The position numbers and the translations under genes were made by a program. Under the pieces are notes generated by a model, which saw only the letters and a program-made list of their open reading frames with translations, ran no database searches and was not told the DNA's origin. Shown in pieces: positions 40,977-53,691 of a stretch of 64,000 nt of DNA; the first letter of the stretch is position 1; every line of letters starts with the position of its first letter. The stretch is from Ignavibacteriota bacterium (GTDB lineage Bacteria > Bacteroidota > Ignavibacteria > UBA10030 > UBA6906). Location of the stretch: assembly GCA_963801355.1 (NCBI GenBank), contig CAWDEM010000004.1, forward strand, positions 1,536,001-1,600,000. Direction: 5' to 3'.

Positions 40977-41228
40977 ATGCCACTGTTCATGGACATTCAC
41001 AAGCACGTACCGGGCCTCACCGCAGAAGCAGTTACTGGAGCCCACGCAAAAGACCTCGAGATTCAGAAGAAGTACGGGGTGCAGTATCTGAAATACTGGT
41101 TCGATGAAGGCTCAGGAAAGGTATTCTGTCTTGTCAGCGCTCCCAACAAGGAAGCTGCGATGAAAGTGCATCGCGATGGTCATGGTCTGGTTGCCGACGA
41201 AATCATCGAGGTCAAGGAAGGAATGTAA
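40977..41228 (+). CDS. DUF4242 domain protein (SCO4226-like)
   Basis: MPLFMDIH…AHAKDL…GVQYLKYW.DE..GKVFCL..AP…VH…HGL.ADEIIEV; AAGGAG RBS. Confidence 0.9.
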   Translation: MPLFMDIHKHVPGLTAEAVTGAHAKDLEIQKKYGVQYLKYWFDEGSGKVFCLVSAPNKEAAMKVHRDGHGLVADEIIEVKEGM

Positions 41229-41334
41229 CACAGAAGGATACGTAGGAGGCCAGACTCACGCCGGCCGGTTCTGCATATGCGGGCCCTCAAAACCTCCAAC
41301 ATCATACTGTTCCCTAATGATGATTAGATCGGCC

Positions 41335-41622
41335 ATGACTACCAAACAAGTCAGTCTTCGCTTGAAAACCATTCCGAATTGGTCGAAACGCGCTCAAAGA
41401 ATTCTTCGAACATTCAAATTCGAGGGATTCTTGAAAAGTATCGATTTTGTCGACCGGATCGCAAGGAAAGCTCAAGAAAGTAATCACCATCCGGATATCG
41501 ATATCCGTTTCAACAAGGTGACATTGAAGCTCACGACGCATGATGAAGGAGGGCTTACCGAGAAGGACTTCTCCCTTGCCCGGCAATGCGATCAGGTCTT
41601 CTCCAAGCATTTTGCGTCGTAA
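41335..41622 (+). CDS. phhB: Pterin-4-alpha-carbinolamine dehydratase
   Basis: NHHPDIDIRFNKV.LKLTTHDEGGLTEKDF; alternative start 41317. Confidence 0.88.
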   Translation: MTTKQVSLRLKTIPNWSKRAQRILRTFKFEGFLKSIDFVDRIARKAQESNHHPDIDIRFNKVTLKLTTHDEGGLTEKDFSLARQCDQVFSKHFAS

Positions 41623-41799
41623 TCAATGCAGCCTCCAATCCAAAACTGTATGGAAGTGGGTACCTGTGTCTTTCAATCGGCCCGGGCAGCGATGTCCGGG
41701 CTCTTCTTTTTCCGCGGCCTCGACCAAGGATGGCCTGTACAGGTCGGGAAAGACCAGGAGATCAAGGCTCTGTCAGAGATGAACGTGCTTCAGGAGTTT

Positions 41800-42423
41800 G
41801 AGAGTGACCTTTGGAGTAGCGCTCAATGGGCCTCAGCCGTCGAGCCGCCGCTCTGGACCTCTCTTCACAGCCCACCCCGGCGACCGACGGGGTCCTTCCT
41901 CGAGCCGCAATGGTTCCTCCGGCAATAACCTCGAAAGGACAACGTGAGAACACAGACAGCGATCATCTTCAACCCGGAGGGGGGCCCTCTATTTCTCCGG
42001 GGACGGAAATAGTACGTAAGCAACAACAGCGACCCCGAGCACCCCAAGAGCAGCCATCCCGTACCGGAGCAGCCTCCTCCGCTTCTGCGGGAATGCCAGA
42101 GTGTGCTTCCGTGATCCGCCAGTCTGAACAGTCCCGTCTGAATTGGATCGAAGATCTACGATCAGCTCGTGGAATTGCCTGCAGCGATCCTCTGGACTTT
42201 TGGAAAGACATTTCGCCACCACCTGGTCCAGAGTGGCCGGGGCATCCTTTCGAAGTTCGACGAGAGGAAGTGGATCCGAGTTGAGAATCGAGTAGAGGAA
42301 CTTCATGGCGACGGTACGGGTGAGCTTGAGGCCCTCGCCCTTGTAGACGACGCCCATCCCGCCTTGGCCGAGCTTTGAGAGGATATTGTAGTGCGAAACC
42401 GTCTGACCGACGAGTGTAGCCAT
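41800..42423 (-). pseudogene. Decayed Ser/Thr kinase-TolB/TPR paralogue with an internal deletion of the catalytic core
   Basis: MATLVGQTVSHY…GMGVVYK…AMKFL joined directly to YSILN (177 aa of the intact paralogue missing); TM segment, early stop at 41989, then a frameshifted KMIAV remnant; left boundary approximate. Confidence 0.85.
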
Positions 42424-42515
42424 GACAGTTCCTTCAGGAAGAGGGATGATGGCGAGTTAGCTCAGAAAATGAGCATAGTCAAACGCGGGCGAGACGAGGG
42501 GAGTCCTCCAGAAAT

Positions 42516-42544
42516 AACGAAGCCCGACGGCGTCGGGCTTCGTT
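42516..42544 (-). terminator. Perfect hairpin, probably the original tRNA-Asp terminator displaced by the island
   Basis: AACGAAGCCCGACG-G-CGTCGGGCTTCGTT, 15 nt outside the att repeat. Confidence 0.75.
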
Positions 42545-42559
42545 GCACATCGAATTGGT

Positions 42560-42573
42560 GCGGGGTAGACGAG
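42560..42573. repeat. att site: duplicate of the tRNA-Asp 3' end
   Basis: GCGGGGTAGACGAG identical to 58943-58956. Confidence 0.85.
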
Positions 42574-42657
42574 GGTCTGGACGAACCCTCATAATGTTCG
42601 AATTCGGACTGAAACCGGCAAAGAGCGGGGCGATCATTCCGTGATAACCACAGCCAA

Positions 42658-42815
42658 CTACGTCTTTTTCGCTAATTTCTTCCTACGCTTCGGATTGGGG
42701 GTTAGGTCACCCTTTTCATGTCTCTCCTTGATGATTTCCAGAATGTATGGCGCCAGGATCTCCGATGCTCTCTCAAGTCGCTCAGTCGGCGAGAGGTTGG
42801 GATTCAAAGAGTCGA
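42658..42815 (-). pseudogene. 3' fragment of a small basic ORF at the island edge
   Basis: Open frame …DSLNPNLSPTERLERASEILAPYILEIIKERHEKGDLTPNPKRRKKLAKKT*; 5' part apparently replaced by the esterase remnant. Confidence 0.3.
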
Positions 42816-43232
42816 AAGATGGAACCCGTGCAGCACATCACGCGCCGCATAGATTGCCGGCGTTGAACCCGGAATATCGACCATGCTTCTCTTGAAACGC
42901 TCATTGGGAAAGAAATTCACGTTGTTCGGATCGACCACCGACACGCCATCGACAATGAAAAAATACGGCTAGAGATTTGGCTCAACCGGACCCACTGTGA
43001 CACTCCAGATACCGGCTGTGTCGCGCTGAAGACGCTGAGGGACCTTGATGAATTCAGCGTTCAATTCTATTTTCTTGGCATTGGGGGCTTTGAAACAAAA
43101 CGTCACGGTGCAGTCAGGATGCACGATAGGCGATTCGATCGGTTGGACCCAGGACCTTTGTGCCTTGACGGGAACAGCGAGAACGAGCACATGAAGCCAT
43201 ACCAATACGCCGAGAACGCTTCTCTTTTTCAT
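42804..43232 (-). pseudogene. Truncated esterase (CBM48-like N-domain only) with internal TAG
   Basis: SPIVHPDCTVTFCFKAPNA…GIWSVTVGPVEPNL*PYFFIVDGVSVVDPNN…RDVLHG; TAG at 42969-42971 where Tyr is expected; catalytic domain missing. Confidence 0.82.
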
Positions 43233-43299
43233 GTGTCTAGTCTTTCCCAATGTCTGTTTCGGAAAAGACCCATGTGAAGTGAAGGCAAGACCATGCAGG

Positions 43300-45705
43300 T
43301 CAGTGAGTTTCCTCCACAATCATTTTGTCAAAATTGAAAAAGTCGCCTCCAGCAACGAACTTCAGCACATGTTGACCGGCATCGAATTTCACCGTCTTCT
43401 TCATAATCGTCCAGTTCTGAAATCCTTTAGTATTGGGAACCACAACAGGACCTGTTCTATCCGCACCATCGCATTCCAGACGGAACCTCCCGCTATCGTA
43501 GGATGAAGCAACATAGACAGAGATCTGGTATGTTGCAGAGTTGCTGACAGTAACCGTGTACGCCATCCATTCTCCCGCATGGATCCACCCCACGTCGTAG
43601 CCGCCTGCAGCGCATTCCTCAATATCCACTCCTTCATTGAGCCGATATTGTCCCCCTTCATTGACCTCATCTCTGTCGTAGTACGCATCACCGGAGCAGC
43701 CGATATCGAAGTCTTCGGCTTCAATAGCGCACGGGATTAAATGTCGTGTATATGCTTCCTGTATCATCTCACAGACTTCCAAGAGTTTCCAGCCAAGATG
43801 CGAGCTGTCTTCCAAGTTGACTAGTCCTGCCCTGGCTCCTTGTGCGAGGACCGAGTTCACGGACAACGCTAACCCGGGAAACTGTTTGTTCGAAATTCTG
43901 AGCAGTCCACCGTGTGCGCTTTCGACTCTCCACACTTGGTTGTCACTATGTGATGGAATCGACATTGTGAGTCGGTGACCTAAAGGATCGTACTCCAGTA
44001 CCTTCCGGTTGTTGTCGCGGCTCAGAATCCTGTAAAAGCCCTTCCCTGTGGACTCCAAATTCCACTGGTTTTCAGGGACCTTTCTATTTCCGGTCATTGT
44101 CAGATCAGAACCAAGCACCAGACTGCCAGTGTTGTTGCCAGGGACGAGGTAATAATGCCGTGCGCAGTCGAGATCCGCATACTTGTCGAGTGGCGGGATT
44201 TTTCCATCGAACCGGAATCTCAGAACGTATGCCATCTCTTCGAAAGACCGTTCTGGCAGGCTCACGACCACTCCGTTTACGTCCTGGATGAATTCCAACG
44301 GCAGATATTTCCCGGCCCCGCCGTTGAGAAGTTCTACAGATCTGAGGTTCTTGAGATCGATCCTTGTGGAAGACAATGCAGCGAGCCGTATGTCCTTCTG
44401 TCCATTTCCCCAACCCAGCAGAATCGCATACAGCGCCGAGTTGTCTTTCGACTTCGTGTAACGAACATCCCTGGCTGTTCCCTCAGCCGGAGCCGTGAAG
44501 ATGCCGAAGGCGGCTCCCATCTTTGTCGGTCCCTCACCGTATGTTTCCCACGCCCGCGTTGCGTAGACTGCCTCACCGTACTTCTTAAGCCAGACACCCA
44601 TCGCAAGCAAAACCTCCTTTTGTTCCTGTGGGATCATACCGTCAGCCCTCGGAGAAATGTTGAGAAGCAAATTCCCGTTCTTGCTGATTCTGTCCAGGAA
44701 GCCGTGCAGGATCTGTTTCTTGGAGTAGTATCTAATCCCCTCGGTGTAGCACCAACTCGATGAACTGATGGCATCATCGGTGAGCCAGTAGTTGTCGGTG
44801 ATATCCGTAGGGCCGCCTCGTTCATAGTCCAGCACAGCACATTTGTCGTTCAACCCATCCTTGTATGTGGCTACGACTTCCTTGTTCCACTCAGCAGCCT
44901 TGTTGTAGTAGTAAGCCAGGAAGCGCAGAAGAACTGGTTGCGAAATGGCAGGCAAGTTGAAATCCTGCCAAAGGACGTCGGGTTCGTAGTTGTCGATGAT
45001 TTCCTTGTGCTTGCTTAACCAGAACGCCTCGTTTTTGTCTTTGCCCTGCTGTCCATAGAGCATTTGAAGCTTCGGATCGTTCGTTTGAGGAACCACATTG
45101 TAGTATCCGGTGATATTGTACGCATGGTGCATAGAAAGGACTATCTTCATGTTTCTTTTACGGATCGCATCAGTCAGCAAACCAACGAGATCAAGTTTGG
45201 GACCCATGTCTTTCGCGTTCCATGGATTGACCCTGCTCGCCCACATCGAAAAACCATCGTGGTGCTCGGCCACGGGGCCTGCAAACTTTGCCCCTGCATC
45301 AACAAAAAGCTGTGCCCATTCGTCAGGATCGAACGCTCCGCCTTCCGACTTAAGTCTCGGCGTAAACTGAACACCTTTCCCCTGCTTGTCCTTTGCCCCC
45401 ATAACAAAGTTGCTGTATGGCCACTGGGCTGGGTCCCCGTAGACCGCCGTATGGTGTTTGTTTTCCGGCGACCCTTTGATGTACATGCTGCGGGGATACC
45501 ATTCATTGCCAAATGCCGGAACGGTGTACACCCCCCAATGGAAATAGATGCCGAACTTGGCATCCTTGAACCACTCGGGCACTGGGTTCGACTTTTCCAG
45601 CGAGGAAAAAGTCGGCTGAAACCCTGACTTCTGAGTCTGAGCCGTGAGGTTGCCGATGATTCCAGTCGCGAATAGAAGAATGGTGAACGTAATCATGCAC
45701 CTCAT
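43300..45705 (-). CDS. GH29 alpha-L-fucosidase + ricin-type lectin + CBM6-like domain
   Basis: PEWFKDAKFGIYFHWG, AEHHDGFSMW, LWQDF, SKNGNLLLNISP; (Q-x-W) repeats; IEAEDFD…GEWMAYTV…TKGFQNW. Confidence 0.92.
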   Translation of the reverse strand: MRCMITFTILLFATGIIGNLTAQTQKSGFQPTFSSLEKSNPVPEWFKDAKFGIYFHWGVYTVPAFGNEWYPRSMYIKGSPENKHHTAVYGDPAQWPYSNFVMGAKDKQGKGVQFTPRLKSEGGAFDPDEWAQLFVDAGAKFAGPVAEHHDGFSMWASRVNPWNAKDMGPKLDLVGLLTDAIRKRNMKIVLSMHHAYNITGYYNVVPQTNDPKLQMLYGQQGKDKNEAFWLSKHKEIIDNYEPDVLWQDFNLPAISQPVLLRFLAYYYNKAAEWNKEVVATYKDGLNDKCAVLDYERGGPTDITDNYWLTDDAISSSSWCYTEGIRYYSKKQILHGFLDRISKNGNLLLNISPRADGMIPQEQKEVLLAMGVWLKKYGEAVYATRAWETYGEGPTKMGAAFGIFTAPAEGTARDVRYTKSKDNSALYAILLGWGNGQKDIRLAALSSTRIDLKNLRSVELLNGGAGKYLPLEFIQDVNGVVVSLPERSFEEMAYVLRFRFDGKIPPLDKYADLDCARHYYLVPGNNTGSLVLGSDLTMTGNRKVPENQWNLESTGKGFYRILSRDNNRKVLEYDPLGHRLTMSIPSHSDNQVWRVESAHGGLLRISNKQFPGLALSVNSVLAQGARAGLVNLEDSSHLGWKLLEVCEMIQEAYTRHLIPCAIEAEDFDIGCSGDAYYDRDEVNEGGQYRLNEGVDIEECAAGGYDVGWIHAGEWMAYTVTVSNSATYQISVYVASSYDSGRFRLECDGADRTGPVVVPNTKGFQNWTIMKKTVKFDAGQHVLKFVAGGDFFNFDKMIVEETH

Positions 45706-45799
45706 GTCTCTTTGCCTTTCTCAGATATGCACGTGAATGTCACAGAGGAGATGAGGACCCTCATGGGTGGTGGCCACATTAAGTAACCGGCGTTCTGGT

Positions 45800-48415
45800 C
45801 TATTGAATATTTACGACGATCTTGTTCCCTGAATACTTGACCGTCCGATCTATCGCTGCCGATGACTCGATGCCACCCCCCCTGTTTCCTTGCACCACCA
45901 CGATATTGAACGTATGTTCCTTCATCATTCGAGGAAAAGACCCCTTCCGCGTATCAATGGTCAGCCGCCTCTGCGCATCGCTCCATTGAAATGTGATGAG
46001 AGAGTAGAGGCCCTTTTCGTAATTGTAATTGTCACTTTCGTCTTCATAGAGCGTGAACTCACCATCAGCGCCGGGATAGATTCTGATTTCGATAGGATCA
46101 GTGCTCTCTGTGGAATACTGGATACATGGCCCCATCGGAACGACCGACCCCGCTCTGACAAAGAGTGGAATCTTGTCCAAAGGAGCGGCAGTTCGTATCG
46201 TCTGTCCACCGTCGAACCGTTCGGCGGACCAGAAATCGTACCAGACTGCATGCGCCGGCAAATACACATTCCATTCAGCAACACCGGTTTCAGTAACAGG
46301 GGCAACCATAATGGCTTTGCCGAACATGAACTCAAAGGGGTGGTTCAAAGCAGAGACATCCTCACGGAAGTCCATGACCAGGGGCCGCATCACGGTCGAT
46401 CCGCCATTTGTGATTTGCCATGCTTCGGAATAGATATACGGCAGCAAGCGATAGCGAAGCCCGAGCATCTTCCGCATGTTTTCTTCAACCTTCGATCCAT
46501 ACTTCCAGGGCTCCGTCTCTGTTTGGTACCCATGTATCCGGAAGATGGGATTGAAAGCTCCCCATTGAAACCAACGGGTGAGCAGTTCTTGGTATTTCTC
46601 ATCCGCATACTGCGATGGCCCAGGACGAAAAAAGCCGCCGATGTCGGTGGTCCAGTATGGCAATCCCGTGATGCAGTAATTGAGCCCTGCTACAATCTGC
46701 CGGCGGTAGCCATCCCACGTTCCCCCAACATCACCTGACCAGTTGATAGTACCGTAACGCTGTTGCCCAAGGAACGCCGAGCGCGTCAGGATGCAGACTC
46801 GTTTCTCGGATGTTGTCTTACGCTGCCCCTCGTACACCGCCTGACTCACATACAGCGGATACGCAAGACGATAGATATCACCGGGCCCGAGGTAGGTCTT
46901 CATCCCGTGCAGGGCATCGTTCTCCGGTTCGGTCGCATCCATCCACCATGAATCGACGCCATAGGAAAACAGATTCTCGTTCAAAGTATTCCAGTACGTT
47001 TCCCTTGTGACTGGATTGAAATAGTCCAACCATTTACTATCCGATACATAGAGATCTTTCGAAACGTACTCTTTTCCAATTGCGGAATTCTTGTCCGGAT
47101 TCGACCAAATCGAAATGTTGAAGTGGGCGTTCAAAGCGTGAAGCTTGTCGATAAAACCTGCCGGATTAGCGTAGTTTGTTGTATCAAATTGTGGGACACC
47201 CCAGCCAATATTGCCCCAGTATTGCCAATCCTGCACGATAACATCCACGGGGATATTGTTTTTGCGAAATTCCTCAACCGTCTCCACAAGGTTTTTGCCG
47301 GAGGCATAGCGTTCACGGCATTGCCAATAGCCATACGCCCAACGCGGCAGCATGGGAACGTAGCCAGAGAGGTTTCTGTATGTGGCGATAACGCTGTCGG
47401 CAGACGGTCCATTGAACACGACGTAGTCGAGCAACTCTGCATTGGGTGAACGAAAGGTGGTCGCGTTGCTCACACGTGACCACGACACCGTAGGCCTGTT
47501 ACTTGCTTTGCAGACCACCTGGACTCGATGTTCACCCGCCCCAAGATGAACCAGTGCGCTCGCTGTAGGAGGAAGCCAGAAATTACTCTGGTCAATGCAC
47601 GGCTTGCCGTCGATTGCAACATACTGTCGGTTGCCCATGTCACCGAGGTTGAGAAACACGGAGTAGACTCCATCCTCGTGAACGACTAACTTCCCCACGT
47701 ACAACATCTGGTTCTGCGATATTTCCACCGTCCCGGAAGTAGTTGTCACTTCAACCATTTTCTCCCCCTCACCAGCTGAGCGCACTTTATTCTCGAGTGG
47801 AACAGGATGGTCGGCCGGGTTGAATTCCGTCAGCCCGTACTGATGCCAGAGCAATCCGTACCCTTTGCTCGAGTATACGAACGGGATCGCGATCTGGGAG
47901 TTCACCTGCGTCAGCCTGCGACTGATGCCTTTTATGTTGTAGTGTCCGTCCTGAAACTGTCCCAACCCAAAAAGGCACTCGTCGGCGGGAGATTCAAAAC
48001 TCTGTTCAACCACATAGCACGGCTTGCCCATGACAGAGTCTGGCACCAACGTCCGTGTTCCCGCCTTTTCGCTCAGGAATATTTCTCCCGAACTATCTTC
48101 AAAAGCTAATCTGCCATCTTGCTTGTCGAGAGCGACGACCATGTTTCTGACTCGCACCTCGAGTGTTGAGGGCGAATCAGAGACCGTAAACCTGGGAGTC
48201 CGGACAGCTGAAGTAAAAACAAGTTCAGGCACCCGATCATCAACACGTTTGAAGAGTTTGATCCTGACGGCATTGTCAGCCAGGGGACAAATGCTCAGTG
48301 TCCCTTCCGGCAGAACGACATTCACTCTATCGGAGAGCTGCTCATACCCGCGTGTGGCTTGTCCCACACAAAAGGAGGGGAACAGAACGACCATCAAAGA
48401 GAAAAGAGATTTCAT
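45800..48415 (-). CDS. GH31 glycosidase (alpha-xylosidase-like) with inserted beta-domain and DUF5110 tail
   Basis: YGYWQCRERY, QDWQYW, WWMDATEPE, WSGD, TDIGGF, FTLYEDESDNYNYEKG. Confidence 0.92.
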   Translation of the reverse strand: MKSLFSLMVVLFPSFCVGQATRGYEQLSDRVNVVLPEGTLSICPLADNAVRIKLFKRVDDRVPELVFTSAVRTPRFTVSDSPSTLEVRVRNMVVALDKQDGRLAFEDSSGEIFLSEKAGTRTLVPDSVMGKPCYVVEQSFESPADECLFGLGQFQDGHYNIKGISRRLTQVNSQIAIPFVYSSKGYGLLWHQYGLTEFNPADHPVPLENKVRSAGEGEKMVEVTTTSGTVEISQNQMLYVGKLVVHEDGVYSVFLNLGDMGNRQYVAIDGKPCIDQSNFWLPPTASALVHLGAGEHRVQVVCKASNRPTVSWSRVSNATTFRSPNAELLDYVVFNGPSADSVIATYRNLSGYVPMLPRWAYGYWQCRERYASGKNLVETVEEFRKNNIPVDVIVQDWQYWGNIGWGVPQFDTTNYANPAGFIDKLHALNAHFNISIWSNPDKNSAIGKEYVSKDLYVSDSKWLDYFNPVTRETYWNTLNENLFSYGVDSWWMDATEPENDALHGMKTYLGPGDIYRLAYPLYVSQAVYEGQRKTTSEKRVCILTRSAFLGQQRYGTINWSGDVGGTWDGYRRQIVAGLNYCITGLPYWTTDIGGFFRPGPSQYADEKYQELLTRWFQWGAFNPIFRIHGYQTETEPWKYGSKVEENMRKMLGLRYRLLPYIYSEAWQITNGGSTVMRPLVMDFREDVSALNHPFEFMFGKAIMVAPVTETGVAEWNVYLPAHAVWYDFWSAERFDGGQTIRTAAPLDKIPLFVRAGSVVPMGPCIQYSTESTDPIEIRIYPGADGEFTLYEDESDNYNYEKGLYSLITFQWSDAQRRLTIDTRKGSFPRMMKEHTFNIVVVQGNRGGGIESSAAIDRTVKYSGNKIVVNIQ

Positions 48416-48479
48416 GGTTCGCGGGTAAGCAAATGTCCGTTTGGTTGTTTGTTTTGCTACCGGTTTCGCAGGAATTGTT

Positions 48480-50906
48480 CTAGGGTTTGACTACGACTTC
48501 TTTCCCATGATATGCTACGACTCTTTCATATGTGCCTACGGTCTCCATTCCGACACCCTTGTCCCTGGAGACCCACACAATGTTGAAGTCCCTTTCGTTG
48601 AGCATTCCAGGGAACGAACCGGTTCTATCACTGATTGTCAGGGCCTTTTTCGCATCATCCCAGCTGAATGTAATTGTCGAGTATGCACCTTTCTCATAGC
48701 CGTAATTGTCGTTCTCGTCTTCGTACAACGTGAATTCACCATTGGCACCGGAATAGACCCGGATTTCAAGTGCATCCCATTTCTTCTCCGTGGCATATTG
48801 CACGTTGGGACCAAGAGGAAGAATTGAACCTGACTTCACATACAACGGAATGATGTCAATCGGGGTTTCTTTCCCTACAGATTGTCCGCCTCTTAATCCT
48901 TCGCCCGTCCAAAAATCATACCAGTCGGTTCCTTTCGGCAGGTACACCTCATACGCTTTGATCTTGCCGTAATCCTCGACGTCAACGGTAGTGCCGGGCT
49001 TTGAATACATGGAATCAGTCACTGGACAGACAAGCAACGACTTGCCGAACATATACTGGTTGTCGATATCCAGTGCCTTCTTGTCGTCCGCAAAATCCAT
49101 CACCAGCGCCCTCATCATGGTCGATTGCTTCGCTGTGACATCCCACGCGGTAGAATAAATATAGGGCAACAGCCTGTAACGAAGGGCTATAGCGTGTGCA
49201 ATCGCATCATAGATCTTGTCACCTTTCTTGCCGAATTGATAAATCTCACGGGGGGCATCCGTTCCGTGGGAACGCATCATAGGACAAAATGCGCCGAACT
49301 GAATCCAGCGTACATAGAGTTCCCGGTAGTTTGCATCCTGCAGCTTGTTAGGGAAATTCCATAGGAAGAAACCGCCTATGTCGCTGTTCCAATACGGGAT
49401 GGCGCTGAGCGAAAAGTTCAATCCTGCCGAGATTTGTTGCCTGAGTGCCTTCCAGGATGCCACAACGTCTCCCGACCACGTGTTGGCGCCGTAGCGCTGC
49501 TGACCGGCAAATGCCGAGCGGGTAAGAATAAACACGCGTCTATCGGATGTGACGGAACGTTGATGGTCGTACAAACCACCAACCGTCATGAGCGGGAAAG
49601 CGTTACGCACTTTTCGAAATGAACCGAGATAGGTTCTGTTGTCGAAATCGGATGGCTTGAACTCCATGTGGTCGGGTTCTGACGAGTCTAACCACCATCC
49701 GTCCATCCCGAGCGAGAAGATACCTTTATTGAGGTATTTCCAAAAAACATCGCGCGCTGCGGGATTGTAGGGATCGTACACTCTTACGCCCGATGGGTAA
49801 TCCATGTTGGGCGGCCATTTCTCCAAACCGGATGCTGGCCACGTCATGAAGTCCAGGAGTGCGCCTATCTTGTCCAATTCCTTGTACTGTTTTGTCTGGG
49901 GACCAAACGAATTCCAGATTGAAACAAGCATGTGTGCATGCAGGTTGTGCACGTCATTGACCATCTTCTGAGGATCGTAGAATTCCGCATTGAGGAATTC
50001 CATGGCATTCCACAGGTAATTATTGCCCCAGTATTGCCAATCCTGTATGATACCATCGAGTGGAACTCCCAGTTCTCGGTACTTTTTTACCACATCCACC
50101 AACTCATCCTGACTTCTATACCGTTCTTTGCACTGGAAATAGCCAAATGTCCACAGTGGGAACATGGGCACTTGCCCGGTGAGGTCGCGCATCTTAGCGA
50201 TGACTCCATCCGCATTGCCTCCGTACAAAAAATAGTAATTGATACAATCGCCCACCTCCGATTTGAACGACGTGCTTTCCGGATTATCTTCAAAGAGGGT
50301 TGGAGAATAGTTGTCCCAGAACAACCCGTACCCTTTGACCGACACAAAGAAAGGAACATAATCATCTGTATTTCCCTGTATCATGTTCAATTGCAGGTTG
50401 CGCTGAACCATTTTTCCCTGCTGCTGTTGTCCTAATCCGTAGATCGTTTCATCTTTGTCCAAAACAAAAGACTGATATGCACTGTACGTTTTCACACCCG
50501 CGTCGTCGAAATCCGTAAACGCGACCCCCTTTTCTTTCTCGCGCAGCAAAGGTCTGCCACTCGAAGTTGAGAAATCGATCGCACCGCTTTTCAGGTTGAG
50601 GTCAACTTGGAGACTTGTGCTTTTCAGAACAAGCTCGTCTCCGCACTGCTTCACGCTCAGTTTCGTGTCTTGCGGAGTCTCAACGACCGAGAGGCTTGTT
50701 TTAGAAAACGTTTTCCGTCGTGGCGATTTTAGGATTCTTACTGTTGATGGATTGTAGAACTGAATTTCCACTTCGAGGGAATTGATGGTTGATGTAATCC
50801 CATAATTCGTCTTCTGGAAGTTCTGGGCCTCGCTGTCTGTAACTACCAGAAGAAGCGAAACCACAAGGAGATTTGCGGGTAGCTTCATTGTTCTTGAGTT
50901 CATCAT
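48480..50906 (-). CDS. GH31 glycosidase (alpha-xylosidase-like)
   Basis: QDWQYW, WWLDSSEP, WSGD, SDIGGF, MMRSHG; signal peptide; start 50906 or 50888. Confidence 0.92.
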   Translation of the reverse strand: MMNSRTMKLPANLLVVSLLLVVTDSEAQNFQKTNYGITSTINSLEVEIQFYNPSTVRILKSPRRKTFSKTSLSVVETPQDTKLSVKQCGDELVLKSTSLQVDLNLKSGAIDFSTSSGRPLLREKEKGVAFTDFDDAGVKTYSAYQSFVLDKDETIYGLGQQQQGKMVQRNLQLNMIQGNTDDYVPFFVSVKGYGLFWDNYSPTLFEDNPESTSFKSEVGDCINYYFLYGGNADGVIAKMRDLTGQVPMFPLWTFGYFQCKERYRSQDELVDVVKKYRELGVPLDGIIQDWQYWGNNYLWNAMEFLNAEFYDPQKMVNDVHNLHAHMLVSIWNSFGPQTKQYKELDKIGALLDFMTWPASGLEKWPPNMDYPSGVRVYDPYNPAARDVFWKYLNKGIFSLGMDGWWLDSSEPDHMEFKPSDFDNRTYLGSFRKVRNAFPLMTVGGLYDHQRSVTSDRRVFILTRSAFAGQQRYGANTWSGDVVASWKALRQQISAGLNFSLSAIPYWNSDIGGFFLWNFPNKLQDANYRELYVRWIQFGAFCPMMRSHGTDAPREIYQFGKKGDKIYDAIAHAIALRYRLLPYIYSTAWDVTAKQSTMMRALVMDFADDKKALDIDNQYMFGKSLLVCPVTDSMYSKPGTTVDVEDYGKIKAYEVYLPKGTDWYDFWTGEGLRGGQSVGKETPIDIIPLYVKSGSILPLGPNVQYATEKKWDALEIRVYSGANGEFTLYEDENDNYGYEKGAYSTITFSWDDAKKALTISDRTGSFPGMLNERDFNIVWVSRDKGVGMETVGTYERVVAYHGKEVVVKP

Positions 50907-50911
50907 AGCAT

Positions 50912-53541
<2,630 letters not shown>

Positions 53542-53691
53542 TTCATCATAACAACTCGAACTGCACCAGCCTCAGAAACGCGAATCAATCGAGACGCAGT
53601 ACTCGACTGCGTAGGAGCAACCTTACACAGCCGGTCGAGGGCCTTCTCAACAGCCTTGGCGGTACGGGTATCGTGGCAGTGTGTCAGATTG

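Noticed and set aside
42969-42971. In-frame TAG as pyrrolysine or stop-codon read-through
   Set aside because: The gene is also truncated before its catalytic domain and other genes here use TAG as a normal stop; a simple Tyr>stop mutation fits better
53594-53655. Hairpin and TTCTCAACAGCC resembling an IS end near the DUF296 fragment
   Set aside because: Too short, with no partner end or transposase remnant
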